From the NCBI RefSeq assembly GCF_018977255.1, contig NW_024704743.1, positions 84,818,001 through 84,882,000 of the forward strand: DNA of 64,000 nt, read 5' to 3'. Under the pieces are notes generated by a model. That model searched no databases. It saw nothing but the letters and a program-made list of their open reading frames with translations, and had not been told where the DNA came from. Origin of the DNA: Callorhinchus milii (lineage: Eukaryota). The position numbers were made by a program, and so were the translations under genes. This document shows positions 63,291-64,000 of this stretch, one piece after another (position 1 is the stretch's first letter; each line of letters starts with the position of its first letter).

Positions 63291-64000
63291 GTCATGTCAA
63301 AATCATGAATTAAAAAACAGAAATTGCAATTTTTACAGCAAATCCAGATTTTTGAATCGTGCAAATTAGATCCCAAAATTTGTATTTCACTGCTAAAAAG
63401 AAATGTAATTTTTTAAGAAATGGATTGATGCCATAATGGGAAGTTACTTTTTTCTTGAGCACTGTGAAAATAATAGCAATAACTTCATATTAAAATGAGC
63501 TATTTTTCACAGCATTATGTTCACTGTGAACATTAAAATAAATTCAGCAGAAGTCACAATGTAGTGCAGTTGAACAATAACTAAATGAAGATACAATGTG
63601 TATTTATTGTATGTGGACACTGGGTGTCGCTGTTGACCATGTCATGGCTTAAAGAACAAAAGGAAGGGCTTGCAGTTTATCTGGAAGTTGCACGCAAGCA
63701 ACACTGATACTGAGCAGACCTCATGGCAATTGAATCAGATGCATGTTTTCGTGGATTAAGCAAAGATTAGTTAACCAAAAACAGGGAAATAAAAATGCAA
63801 GCTTAGATCAAAGTTCCAAAGTGAAGTTTATATCGATAATATTGGGAAATGTATATAAACATCTGGTTCCTCTAAAAGCCCAGCTGAAACTAAACACGTC
63901 AAGCAAGAGTGAAGCTAAACAGCTGGATTATCTCTCAATGAGTTCCCTGCCCCCAATATAGACACATAGATAGAACCGTTCTGTATTTGAATGTGTACAG

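Noticed and set aside
54000..64000. start of a downstream gene such as NFATC1
   Set aside because: No CpG island or recognisable exon; mostly repeats.

Overview
Vertebrate genomic DNA, most likely from a cartilaginous fish (the repeat content resembles that of the holocephalan Callorhinchus; this assignment is an inference). The window holds the 3' part of the P4-type ATPase (flippase) gene ATP9B on the + strand: 15 GT-AG coding exons from 5952 to the stop at 51448, 1887 nt in one continuous frame (628 aa, from the N-domain through the P-domain GDGGND motif and the C-terminal TM helices). A 3' UTR and an intergenic tail follow. Introns and the downstream region carry many L2 and CR1 LINE fragments, a young tRNA-Ala-headed DeuSINE family (long and short subfamilies), older DeuSINEs, pogo/Tigger-like MITEs and several nested insertions. 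Almost all ORFs in the supplied track are spurious or LINE fragments. I found no prokaryote-type system or new protein-coding gene. The most interesting signals are: SINE 3' stem-loop variants that match one of several co-resident L2 stem-loop types, an apparently twin-primed (5'-inverted) L2, strong unexplained intronic hairpins, an unclassified three-copy repeat, inverted repeat pairs flanking exons, the apparent absence of the mammalian 33-nt penultimate microexon, and repeat-free CNE-like blocks. Exon coordinates are read to the base; repeat boundaries are approximate.
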